A stretch of 64,000 nucleotides of DNA. Origin: Catajapyx aquilonaris (lineage: Eukaryota). Below are positions 27,001-39,660 of the stretch, piece after piece; the first letter of the stretch is position 1, and each line of letters opens with the position of its first letter. Under the pieces are notes generated by a model. It ran no database searches. It worked only from the letters and a program-made list of their open reading frames with translations, and was not told the DNA's origin. The DNA is taken from the NCBI GenBank assembly GCA_000934665.2, contig KZ538327.1:1-64000 (forward strand), written 5' to 3'. Both the position numbers and the translations under genes were made by a program.

Positions 27001-30000
27001 CAAAAGTTCCCTGGGTTACCGCTGTGCTGCAACATAAAACGGGCCGTTAGAACCTCATAGTTTGTTATTTCGGGGCATATACGTTTGTGTTACCATGCTG
27101 ACATGCGGTTAGCATGACGGACGTAATTCCATAATGGACCCTTTCAGCATTTTAGAGAACAGCTCCAGGATATATCATGCAAATGAGCCGGTTGTTTGCA
27201 TTATTTTATTTGGCAGGCTAACGCTTTCTGACCTGCACGTATCACCTGCAGGCAGTTGGCGCTGTTTGTTGAAAAAATGTTTTGCATAATTCACTTACCG
27301 GAGGTCTCCGGAGGGTAGTGCTTGTTAATACACTGTGCCGTACATACCTTGGGCCATAAGTACTGGGTTAAAGGGTGGTTCTCTATCAACGTACAGTGAA
27401 GCTGTCCATATTTTGTTCCCGGAGAGCTTTCTTTTGGCTACGGCAAATGCCAATCGATGTTCAGTATCTTTGACGTCAGAAAATTAATGGGACAAGTAAA
27501 GTTACGAATGCAGTTGTTATCTGGGCTGGAAACTTGGCTCGTAAATAAGCGCGCTAGACAGATTTACGTAGGACCGAAGGTTTAGAGGACAACTTTTGTA
27601 CTTTTGACTTTTTCCTTTTTCTGCCTAGTGCATGAAGAGAAGGTTGTAACTTTTGTGGAAAGATATATGCTTTTTTTCTTTCTTTTAGCCTCTAGGGATT
27701 CGTCCATAAGGGTTTTTGGGCGGCTGTTGGGCACGCATCACGAGTATATTAAAAGCTGCGGGACACGTGGTTTATTCCATCGGGTACCAGAAGCCTCCCT
27801 TGTACTTTCGAAGGCAGGCAGAGCAGTGGGGGATCTCAAGGGTGCATTAGCAGGTGATAAAGTGTGCACGGGTTGGTGGTAATAGGTCCATGGGTGTGCG
27901 TGAAATGTTTCCTACGGGATACATCTTGCGTGACCTTGTTTGCGAATAGCAATATTTCCTTCCGTGACGTCAGCGACATAATACCGGGTATACATCTAAA
28001 TACCCGAGTAAGAATTCATTCGGGTGTGCCTTTTTAAAATAATGAATGATACGAATCAATGCAGAGAGCGATTTTACAAACTGACTTTGACATAGTGTCA
28101 AGGTTTCACAGCCTGTCTTAGTTCATACTATGGTTGCAAACGAAGTGTTTGCCTGCAGCTCGACTTGGAGACAAAGTGCGCACCTTTAGTGGTGCTGCGA
28201 GGGCCCAAATGCCCACTCGTGGCGGAGGCTCATTTTTTGGGGCGATTTGCGACAAGGCCAAGTGTCCCAGGCCACTGCTTTTGGGGCAATCTCCTCTCCG
28301 ATTTACTCCGCGCTTGTCCCAATTAGGACCCTGCGCTTCTTATGGCCTTTAAGGTGAGGGGTTGCACAAAAAAGATTGCCACCACAGCCATTCTGGAAGG
28401 TATATAGGGGGAAAGAGGGGTAAAGTCACCCCTGAGACCAAGTCATTGGTGTCTGTTTTTTTGTAACTGCACCCGAAATACTGCCGTGGAGGATTATTAT
28501 TCAGCGAATGCTTACACAACGTGCCAAGTGTTGTGCCAATATCCTTCATTAAGAGTGGAGTCAGGTTTTTAGTCCAAAAAAATTTGCATTGATTCTCACG
28601 TAATAATAAGCGTCACATGCTTTTGGTACTTTTCTGCCCACGCCCAAGAACTTCTCTAGCGGGAATGCGACGCGACGTGCAGAATGCTCCTTTTCACACG
28701 TGATAATAACAATCGTGCGTGGAACATTTCGCATGGAAATCTATCCAGTACCCCATGCCCAACGGCCCAACCCCACCCTATAATGTCCGCCCCCTTTTGT
28801 TATCGCCTAATAGGCCGTACCCACTATGGCCACGATCGAGATCAATGCTCTGAATTGACGCTTGATGAGAACGACTATGTGTATCCACTGTAATTTCGAT
28901 TGGTTTACCTGATTATACGAAACCTGCGAAACAGAACAAAATTAAAAGTGTTGCCAATTTTTTGTAAGTATAATTATTGTGATATACGTGTGTGCCCGAA
29001 ACGCTGGGAGCGAAATAAAAAAGATCCTAAGTAACTTACGTGGCAAACCCTACTGCTTCAAGATACATATGACACATTTGGAAATTTGGGAAGAGGCAGC
29101 ATACCGGAGCTTGCATTGTTCATCTCCGACAAGTACTCAACTCGTATACAGGCGTGGCAGGTGTGTGTGGTCAGGGTTGGTGCTTTCATTGTGAAAATGA
29201 AGGCGAGTTTTGTATTCTGCCCTAGAGGAGAAATCCATAGGACCGGGCAGATATGCCATGTGAAGCATATCGTTGTTGCTGGTGGCAGTTATTCTGTTTT
29301 GATGAATTGATGAACTGAAAGGGGCAGTAGTGTTGCAGAGCTCACGAAATGAATATGATTCCTCATGTTTTAGCTTTGTGCATCAACAACAGCTTTCAGC
29401 ACCGCTGTTTATGAATAAATGAAGAGCGCGATACATCCTTTACTGTACGTGCCAAATGTGCTTTTTATTTTTCCAGGTATTCTCCAGCTACGGAAAACAA
29501 GCACTGGTCGTTGGCCGTAATGAATTTTTAAGCGAGTGCCATGCCGTTTTGTATATATCATGAGTACATGCCTGAGTGCCTAGCGAGTATGTTGACTGGA
29601 TGGAAGCCCCTGTTGAGAGAAAAGAGCTGGAGAAATCCGAAGCCTACACTAAGGACCGTAGGGAAATGAAAGCCGGGGCTAAAAATCGAATTGTCCCTTG
29701 TGGAAGATTGAATAAGGTGGGCGAAGAGAGTGAAGGAAGGAGGTTAGTTCTGTGCAGAGAGAGAGGCTGTGCGGATGCCTTGGCACGTGTAATCGATCAA
29801 GGGTCCAAACCATTCACAAGTTGGTTCCTCTAATTGGAATCTCTCTGCCTCCGCGTTCCCCTTGTTTACCCAAGGGTTTGGGGAAACTAAGGAAAGGAAG
29901 GCCACGCGGCCGGCTAGCCCTATGCAAATGAGCTCCAGGTAGACTAGCAGTCGCAATCCAGGGTAATCGTGTTTGTCACTCGCCACTGCTTTATGACCAA

Positions 30001-33000
30001 ACCGCAACCTGCCTAGTTAGTTTCCTCCGCTTCCTTCCTTCCTTTCGCCTTGCCCAATTGTGTAATGGCACTCATTCGACCTCCAACTTCAGCCTCGGCT
30101 GGATTACCCTGTGGGGAGATACACTTCCTAGCCGCCTCCTTTACATACGATTTGCTTCCAGTTAGAGGGCGGTGCTGAAGATTTTAGGTGCTGTGCTGGT
30201 GTCTGTTGGTTCATACACTATTGACAATGCGCAGTAGTTGGAGTCAGTCAAGGCTTAACTGTATACAGTACCTGGAAAAAGAAGGACAATCGGAGGTAAA
30301 TCCAAGGCTTTCTGGAGGGAAAGCTTTGCATAGTGTACAGTACGTAGTGTGTTCAAATGCAGTTTAATGAAACTTACTCTTAAAGCATTATTGATTTATT
30401 TATGAATCTGCCTTTCGCTATGTCGATACCTATAAGCATTTGGCAGTTGCACATCCCTGGACAATAATGTTATAGCACTTACGCAAGCTCGGAGAACTTT
30501 TGTACTGGTTTGCATTTTAAAGGTATCAGCGATGTCTTTGGTATTGCAGTGTACTGGATGCTAACTCTTACCTAAGGGTTGTCGTGTTAGCCTCTTGTCA
30601 CGATATGGGGCTGTTGTTCCGCTTCCACAAAACATTCTAATGTATAGCTAGATTTATAATGATCCAAAGATCAGGCATTAATTTGCTACTTTTGGGCCAT
30701 TACCCAGTAGGCAAAGTGTGTTTTGTCGTCTTGCCAAACATAGCTGCCAGCCGAAGTGTACGCTGCCAGATAGGCCTAGCTCTCGCTAGCGCCAGTGGGA
30801 CCTCAGTGATGAATGATACCGTCGTTATCACCCTTATTTATAACGGTAATAGTGTAGCATGTTAAAAAAACACCGATTGAGGGATTTTAGGCGGTACTTC
30901 GGTCGTACTGCTACCACATTGATACAGATTTTAAGGAAGGTTAAACGCTGATGAGTGATAAATACTTGAGTTGGTCATATCTACGCTAGATGCCTGCAGG
31001 CAACAGGTATACCAGTCATTTGAAAGACCAAACTGGACTCTGTGAGTGGCCATCATCCAAGTAGCGCAATGGCTTAACTGGCGTGAAACGCATTAATCTG
31101 CAATGCTTTGGAACTGGCTGTGTCTTGAAGCGTGCCTGGTATTGCAATCTGAATTTCCGTCTCCATGCCGCTTCACTGCTTTGTTTGCAAATTTGATTCC
31201 GGGGTAATTTATTCATCCGGAATTCGTGACAAGCAGGCTCAGTTGAAATGTGTTTTGAGGTCCGGGGTCTAACTTTCAACTTGACGATTGTGCTTGCCAT
31301 TTGTCCCAGAATGATGATGATGCAAAGTATAGGAGGAAAGCGCGCGGAACGGTTACTAAAAAATAGATCGCAAATGGTTCGTGACTTGTTTCAGGGAGGG
31401 TTGCTAAGGAGAGTTCGTGATGAACGAAGTATGCCAACTTTCCAAGTGGTGCTTCCTGACACTCTGAAGGCCTGCAACACAAAATAGGCTCAATTAAGTC
31501 GATCATAGCGGGATCTGCAGCAGAAGTGACGGCAAGAAAAAGGACAAAAAAAAAGAAGAGAGAAGAGGAATATATATCCCGGTTGGAGGGAGCTTTTCAT
31601 GTCAACCCCAGAAGCGATAAGAAGCCGTTGAAGGAGGAAAAGAAATGATGGGGATCCTTTGTGCCCATTTACAGCCAATTTCCAAAGCATCGAAGTGGAA
31701 GGAATGCGGATTTAATTTACTCCCGGCGTTCGAAGAGGGATTATTATTTTCTGAATTGCAATCGCCAGCCCGATTTATTCATTGTTGGTGGAAGTGCGGG
31801 AGGGATTTGGGGGGCACGAGCGTCTGAAAACATCACAGCTGGTGTGGAAAGACTAATCACGCTGCACACTTGGAACACTGCGGCTGATTTATGAAATTAG
31901 GCAAATGCTCTACCGAAGCGTGTAAATTGTTGCAAATGAGCCTCACCTGTTTCCAAAGAGATTCCCCATTACTTTTCAGTGGGGGCCTGGGTACAAAATA
32001 TGACTCCTGTGACTTTGAAAAGTGCATGCTATCATTAATCATCGATGACGGAGATAGATTCCTCATGATTGCGCAAGGTGGCCGGGAAATATGTAGCCTA
32101 CGCCGCTTGATGAGGGACGTTTTGAGAGAGATGCCTCCATTTTTCGTCGCTTCCTTCACACTTGCGTCGACATGGCCTCTGCTGCTGTGCGGTGTCCCCG
32201 TGATTTATGGCAGCGGTGAGAGGAAAGGAAAACCGGGGGTATTATGAGAAGGGCAGCTTTGGAACCTGGCCCAACTTGGTTGGAGGGACTGTGTCAAGCA
32301 CATGTCCCTCATGCCTGTTGTTAGGGCACAGATTCGCTGGCACGTTTTTGCGGTTATCCATACAGTTTTGAAAGATTTTATTCCAAATTTAAGCACATTT
32401 TGGTGCAAGTTTGTCCCCATCAAATTCCTCGTTTGTGACTTGACACCTGGGAAATTTTTGTTCCATTCTGAAGGGGATAGATCCGAATTGTATTCCATAA
32501 TTTTTACGTTGTTTAGCCAGAAATTAATTCTGGTTCCGAACACAAGGTGGGCGTCATTGCATGTGATTTACACAGTGCAGTCTGAACGCCCAATCCGAGG
32601 TTTGTGAATGCGAGCCTGTTAGTGCTGGTCCAATACAAGTAATGATGACATGTGCAGTTTCATGCAATGTAATATGGAAGGCATCGTCGTTTGATTCATT
32701 TCAGTGCCATTGGTAACGAAACAAACCGTGTGGAAAGCAATCAGTCGGATTCGAATCCCTCCCCATTCCGGTGAATGGACCACATTTTCCCTAGAATTTC
32801 CCACAGAAGCACAGTTTATAGGGTTCAATTGGGCATTGAGGAGTGCGGCTTTTGGCGAAGAAGATTCAATTCCGGACCGACGCTTTTTTCGCCCCTCTTT
32901 TTTTTGGAAGGGTGGCCAGGGAGGCAAATTAGATTGGGCTGCAAGGTAAACAGATCGCTCTTAGGAGTGGACAGAGTTCCGGCCTTTTCAATCTCTCTGA

Positions 33001-36000
33001 TTGCATTCCGCTGCGATACAAACACATCGAAAAATGTACTAACGAACATGCATTTGGCGTATGCAGATCAGGTTAATGGCGATTTCCAAGGGTATTGACC
33101 AGGGAATAAACGGAGCAGTTGACGCGCACAAAACGAGTGGGGATGAACCGTGTGAGTTAATGTCATTCCAATTGGCAACCGGCTGTGTTGTACAGGTGTC
33201 CCCCCCTCCCCCCTCCCCCCTCTCCCCCCCCTTTTTTTTGAAAACTCATGGTTTTCCCTCCCCCTCTTCCTGCAAGTGGGAGAGGGGCCATTTGCACTAG
33301 ATGCAAATGGCAGCGGGCAAACATTTGATCGGGCGTGGATGCGAGGCGGCGCCGTTGGGCCCTGACGCAGATAGCTGCCTAACGGCCCACTAAATCCCAT
33401 TTGGATGCAAGAGCATTTCATGCGGGGACAGGACATGCCGCCTGGGATCTTCCCACCTCCCCCCTCCCTCGCTCCCATCCCTCTAGCCTCAAAACTCCCC
33501 CTTCCCCTACCCCCATTTTCAAAATTATATGTTGCAGCAAAGTTTCGGGGCGAAAGACACGCTTAATCGCAAAGTGATTCGTTGAAGGCCGCCTTCCAAT
33601 CCGGACAAATTGCTTATGAAAATGGCACCGGAAGTAGCGATTTGAAGGGAGGCTCGTGACAAAGTCTGCCTTCCCTGAGGCTGTATAGGCAGGAGCACTG
33701 GCCTATTATTCTCTAATATCTCCATAAGCCAGTGCTATGATGAGGGATATTATCCCGGGATTTATGCGCGCAAAGTTCAAAGTTTGGGTCGCGAGAGGAT
33801 CCAACCACGTTGGATTTTAATTGCACAGTAATCGTTTTATGTAGGCCAGACTTTTTGCATGTAATTAAACCGGTCGAATATATATGGAATTAATACATGT
33901 ATTTTCAGCGGGTGGCTGATCAAGTTTTGATGGGTTCTCTGCTGCTTTGACGTGGATCTTCCGGCGGTTATTTCGCGTCACATGCAGAGGGCCACCAGAA
34001 ATTCAGCGGATAGATTAAGATCCTCCTACCACGGTTTTAAAATGTGCATTTATATTAAGAATATATGCCGTCAGGGGTGTGTGCAGAAAATGGATGAAAA
34101 ACTAGGTATTCGCCCTACAAATCTTGGTCCAGGGCAGGTTGGGAGAGAAATGGTGTCCGTAGAGATGAAAAGGGCAGTAAAAATGACGGAGCGGGGGAAA
34201 AAGAGTCCAGTTGTAGAGCCGTAGGTCCGTTGGCGGGGAGTTATGCTTGACTTGACCCACCGGTCCCTCTGCCAATGTTGGGTTGGGTGAGTGCTGCGGC
34301 CTCACTGCTCTTTTTTTTCCCCCTCCCCTACTAGCCGCCGCCATTTTCTTGCAATAAATCCCCAGCCACTTGAACATCGAATTTCAATTTTCGGGAACGT
34401 CCAACAATATCAAGGTCTGTCACAAAAGAAGACCAACGTATCCATTCTTAGGGCCCAATTTTCCGGAGCCAGCAAGAAACGGAAAAGAGAGGAGGGGGGA
34501 GGCATTAAAGTTCCGGCCAGAATCCAATAAAAGGCACGAGCCACCCTTCCAAAGAAACACGTGGTGTGGAGCAGGGTGGGGTCGGGTGGGTGCTGGAAGA
34601 CATCCACTTCAAAGCCAGCTCCTCGGGTAAAAAAAAAAGAAGAAAAAAAAATGGAGGAGGAGGGCTTCTGAAATCCTTCAATATGCGAAAGTATGCGGCA
34701 GGTTCTGCCCCTGCCATTTAGGCTACGTGATGAACAAAAGAGGCGCTTGGGTTAGCTAAGGGCCAGGATGACGTTCTTGGGCATAGGCATGTGAGCTGGG
34801 AATTCGATATTGAGGATAGTGTACCAGCAATTGAGGCATGTCGGGCATCTCGGATTTTGAGTGAGCCGTGCCCTGGAACCCCCTCCGACTTGTCCGCGAC
34901 ACTCGGAAGCCGCAGATGGGGGCTGAAAGAAGCTCGCTTAGCAATTCAATTAATGGGAAGTGCGGAACGGGGTCTGTCCGGATTTACCGCGAGGATTCCC
35001 CCATTCCTCCATCCACCTTCTGCTGGAGGCCGTTTCCTTTAACCGGTGCGACATGGCCACCATCAAAGAGAGGATTTTATGCCAGCAACCCGCACCCAAT
35101 ATATCGCGGCCCTAACGGAACGATTATGCTCCACATTGGAGCAGGAGGGGAGGCCATTGGCCAAATGTGTTCAAAGGGATTAGAGCATCCCTTGTAGTTT
35201 ACTGCCCGGCTGCCAAAGTTGCGGGGGTGATGAAGCTTTGTCCGAATTGAGTCCCACGTGACGCATGAGACTAGTGGCTCCTTTATCGCTTGATGGGGCT
35301 GGTGTCTTCTTTACTGCTGCTGTCCAACCACCACCAGCTTTTGTGGTTTTCCTAGTTATGGCTGTGGGCTTGTCAGAAGCACGTCGCACGTGACGCTGGG
35401 TTCCCACAGACGTCTCTCTTTTTTTTCTGGAGGGGTTTTTCATCTGGTCTAGGGGCAGTGCCCTCGTAAAAATCTGCGACTCCGTACTGTACGTCGGGAT
35501 AGATCCATACAAGACGACACTAGGGAGAGAAAGTTGGCGATGACGGTTTTGTTTGACTCGGGGGAGTTTGATCCCGCGCTTAATTTCCTGAACATTGGCG
35601 GCAATCCTTGAGGAGAGTTGGCACAGTTAGGAGCTTGTGCAGCGATCCAAGAGGCGGGAGTCGGCAGACGTGAAAGGCGATAAGTCACGACCTCTCCCGG
35701 AGCTTAGCTCATCTGTCGCCTGTCTTGTCTAGGCGGCCATCTGAATGGAAGTCCTGATCCTCCCGCATTAAGTTTGCTCCAGCTGCGACAAACTCTCCTA
35801 CGGGTTTTATACGGCTGGGTCCAAGTATGAGGCCCAGGCTAATGGAGAAAATTACGTGCGCTTATTACGGTTTCGCGTGTAATTCTGGAATTGGTAGGCA
35901 TTGATTTGGAAGAGGAAGAAAGACTAGTGGCAGAGTCGCTTTTCTTCTCTGGGAGGCAGCTAATCTCAGTATTCCTTGTAATGGCAGACTATACGTCTCC

Positions 36001-37579
36001 TAGGGAACGGGCGCCCATTCTTTCTTCTCCCCAAACTGGCGGGTCTTTTCTTTCTTTCTTTCTTTTTTCCTCCTTCCTTCCCGGAATTGAAGGCTGAGAA
36101 GTTGGTTAGTTGGAATCACCCATTTCCAGTCAGGAAGTCAGGCTAAAAACAATTACAGAGTATCAAAAGTGCGGTTGTACGTTATTGCTTCGAGTTACCT
36201 GCTAGTCCCCGCATTGTTCAATCCAAAGGAAGGGTCTGTAACATAGCCCACACGTGTATTTTTTTTAGGTGGGTCTCTCCTCCGAGACTTCACTGCAAGT
36301 TAATCGGGTGCCTGCCCTGCTTCATTTATTTTCCTGGCGGGGCCAGGAAAGAGTGCATGTCCGGCCCGGCTGTGATAAATTGAAGTACAACGCCTTCGGA
36401 ATTTTTCTGGTGTAAAATTCATTTAACATGGCGTCGGGCTTTATTCCTGCCCGCCGCAGACTTTCGGCCGGGATACTATTCAGCGTTTGGAAATTAATTA
36501 TAGCGTTTTAAGTGGCGGAAGTGGGTGTCGTTACCGACTACATTTCTGTGAGCTCGGCTGCAGCAGGACGAGAGAGAATTACCTGAGACGAGTTTGGGAA
36601 ATGGAAGCACTCTTAATCCGCCTCAGATCCTGCCGACTTGATGTAATCCTCAGGACGGGGAATTTGGTCTATAGATATTTCCGGGTGTCCCGAGGATTAT
36701 CTTTCAAAGCATTTCCCATCGGTAAATGCGAACCACCGGCAGGGGGGTTTTCTTCGGACCGGGCGAGGAGCCTGTGTGTGTAATTGATTGAAACTCGGCC
36801 ACCCAGGACTGGAACGGCCACAATGGGAGCCTTCCAGAATGAACTCGCTTGATGGAACTCGCTAGAGAGCCAGGCGCCTCTTTATGGAACTAAAAGCTGT
36901 GGAAATTGGCAGCCAGATTGCTCCTTGAAATGCCGCGAAAGAGCGGAAACCTTCATCTCCAGTTGCAGACAAGCTGCGACGAAAGCCGGCCGGAGCTCGT
37001 CACAAAATGAAATCCGCTAGTAATTTCGTCTCTTGAACATTTTGAACTGGGGCTGCTGGTGTGGAGAACCCGGGCGCCCGTATAGTTAGGAGTTGTGCAT
37101 TTTGTTCCCACATAGTGCGGGAGAACTGTTTTAAAAAATGGATGGGGAGGAAAAAAAGTGCATTGTTCAAGAGCGAGAGAATTTTGGGAGAATTTCCACT
37201 TTCGGGCTCGAACAATGTTTTCGTCGGCTTGCTCGTCTCCCTAGAGGTCTGCGGGGGACGAGAGGTTAGTCGTGCTTTTCTGAAATGCACTGAATTTGCC
37301 TTTCCATTCAGTCCTCATTGGCAGGAAATATACCACGCTTCCGACTCGATTACCATACCATTTTCGGATATTTTCAGTATGCAAGTTGAGAAACTTTGTT
37401 GGTGGCTTTTCACCGCCTCTCGGAGCTATACGGTCGCGACCTGTGCGATGGAAAATTATATATTAAGATTTTAATCAACTTTCGCGATGCTACAGTCAGT
37501 TGACTTTGAAGCCAGACTTCATTGGGTTTTTGCTTCGGTAGTTTGTTTTAGCCGTGCTAATTACCAGTGCCGCTCAATT

Positions 37580-37639
37580 TTAATAAGCCTTTTGTCTCTT
37601 TTCAGGTAAGCAGCGTCATCAAATCAGCTGTTGGTGAGT
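37580..37639 (+). promoter_or_regulatory. Candidate recursive splice site (ratchet point) with a cryptic 28-nt RS-exon
   Basis: CCTTTTGTCTCTTTTCAG|GTAAGC (AG 37604-37605, GT 37606-37607), followed by TTG|GTGAGT at 37634. Confidence 0.6.
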
Positions 37640-39299
37640 TCACCCCGCTGATTTTGGAATTCGACGTAAATGCATGTATTCAATTCATATATTCTTAATT
37701 AATTTTCATATTATGACCTGAAATGTAGAACGATCATAGTCAAATTGCATTTTGACATGTGCGGATTTGAAACTTGAAGATTGCCTTATGTGCGTGGGAT
37801 CCCTCCTATTTTCAATCTCGGTTCTGAGAGATTATAAGTGCCTCTCTCAACATATGAGATAAAGCCCTGCATCACCAGTACGGCGGTACATATCACTCGG
37901 TTACATTTGAGAGTCATAATTGCATAATCCGATTGGTTACCTCCTCCAAAATGGTTAACCGTTATTTAAATTGATAACACGCTCCAGTCTTGCCTCAGCC
38001 TATAAGGTAGACACCCCTGTGGAGTGGCGGCTCAAATGGGAAATAGAGTCGATAGTCCCTCTGGGAAGCGTCGACGTGAGCGGAAGCGTGACAAGTGGGA
38101 TGAAGCAATTGATAGGAACTGTCCTGAGGCGGCATCGAGCCCCCTGTTAGTCAGTGAGATATTAACCAATAGTGAAATGCACAATCCAGTAGGTTAAGCC
38201 CTTTCCCTCCATTTTTTTCCCTACATTTCATTTGCGATTTAAAGCAGCCCCAGTAGCTTTAGTTCCGAATCTTCCATCCCAAATTTTTCAACCATATTCT
38301 TGTCAACCCGTGACAGGTGTCATGAAAGCGCTGGCACACTGAAATAAAGCTGCAAAAGTGGTCGTCTGGACATAACCGCGGGTGTAAACCGGTACAGTTT
38401 ACCCACCTCGTTAAGCGCATCATTGGTGACGATGCTCTTATCGGTTATGCACCATACGTTGCGAAATGATGAAGGCTGCGGTCTGCAGATTTTCACCGAT
38501 GCACCGTTTGTATTTCGCATCACCCGACGTTTATTTAAGCTGTTAGTGCAGTAATGAGCCCCTAGCCGTAGGCCTATTTCGGTATTTAATGCTGCAGCTG
38601 CAGTTAAGTCGTTACAGTCAAGGGTTGGTTAACGTTTTACTGTTAAATTTTATCTCATCCCAAGTGTCCAGCTCGGTTTGTAATAACAGCATATATAACA
38701 CGAGCATAGCTGCTGGGATTAAAAAATTCACTCGATCGTTTTAGGTACAAACTTTTTTAATGAGTTTGGTAGGTGTCTTTTTTTCACGTCCATGGGCACA
38801 GGCAACATGATGCCAAGCCAACCTGGTTTTGTGAAATTGACTTGGCTTGCAGTTTCGGGAGCACAATTTTGCCATATCGTAGCCTACCAATTTTATGTGC
38901 AGAGGGACCCGAGTATTGTGTTTTTTTGTAGCCTTTTTTTGTCCTTTTAGAGGGGGGTTAAGATAGGTGGCCGTGAGAGAATCCACAAGCTTTTCCAATA
39001 TCCTCGCAATCTCCGCTCGCCTCATCACAGGAACAGTTTAGCTGCCGGATGTTTTCATTTTGATTCTCCCCTTCTCATTTCTTTCCAAGTCTCGTGAGAC
39101 TCACTCCCGTGTGGGTATTTAGACGCAGGCTCCAAATTTGTCGTACATTTTTCGCCACCTTGCGAGAGAGTATCGTCGGATTTGTCGTGTCTTGGCAGAT
39201 GCTCTGTGAGAGAAATGAATATGTGTCTTGGTAGGACGATAGTGACCCGGTTGCACAGTGTGTAACAATCTAAAAGATCGTACAGGAGGGAGGACTACA

Positions 39300-39660
39300 T
39301 ATGAAGCGTATAACACAGGTCTAAAATATTTGACATCAAAGTAGTTGGCAAGAACATATCAGTGCTGGCACAGTTTGGAGTTGAGGAGTTAGATGGGTGA
39401 AATGGTATATGCAGGCTATCCGCCATCTGCATTGAAAGCTGGGAGCATAAAGTGCTGACGGGAAGCTTTGAAACATTCGCAATCAGTCTTGATAAGTGTG
39501 TATGATGAAGACCGTTGGTGTTGCGCAATTTTGTGCGTCTAACTTTTTGCTTTCAATGGAGTTGTTTTGGCACCTGAGGTCTTATTTTCTGCATCTCGAG
39601 TGTTCCAAGTGAAGTTTGAGGTGGTTCAATATCTGGCAACGAAACTTGATCTACGTGTAG
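39300..39660 (-). pseudogene. Possible heavily decayed non-LTR retrotransposon (LINE ORF2, downstream of RT) remnant
   Basis: Minus-strand translations give SNFTWNT (cf. LTWxxHI) and, further downstream, KVRRTKLRNTNGLHHTHLSRLIANVSKLP, reminiscent of LINE ORF2 tails. Broken by stops and frameshifts. Judged by eye only. Confidence 0.3.

Noticed and set aside
29576..30130. Charged 85-aa ORF and scattered short inverted matches (GGAAACTAA/TTAGTTTCC, CAGGGTAATC/GATTACCCTG)
   Set aside because: The peptide does not match the expected PLEKHH continuation, and the inverted matches are not nested, so they do not form a simple hairpin or TIR element.
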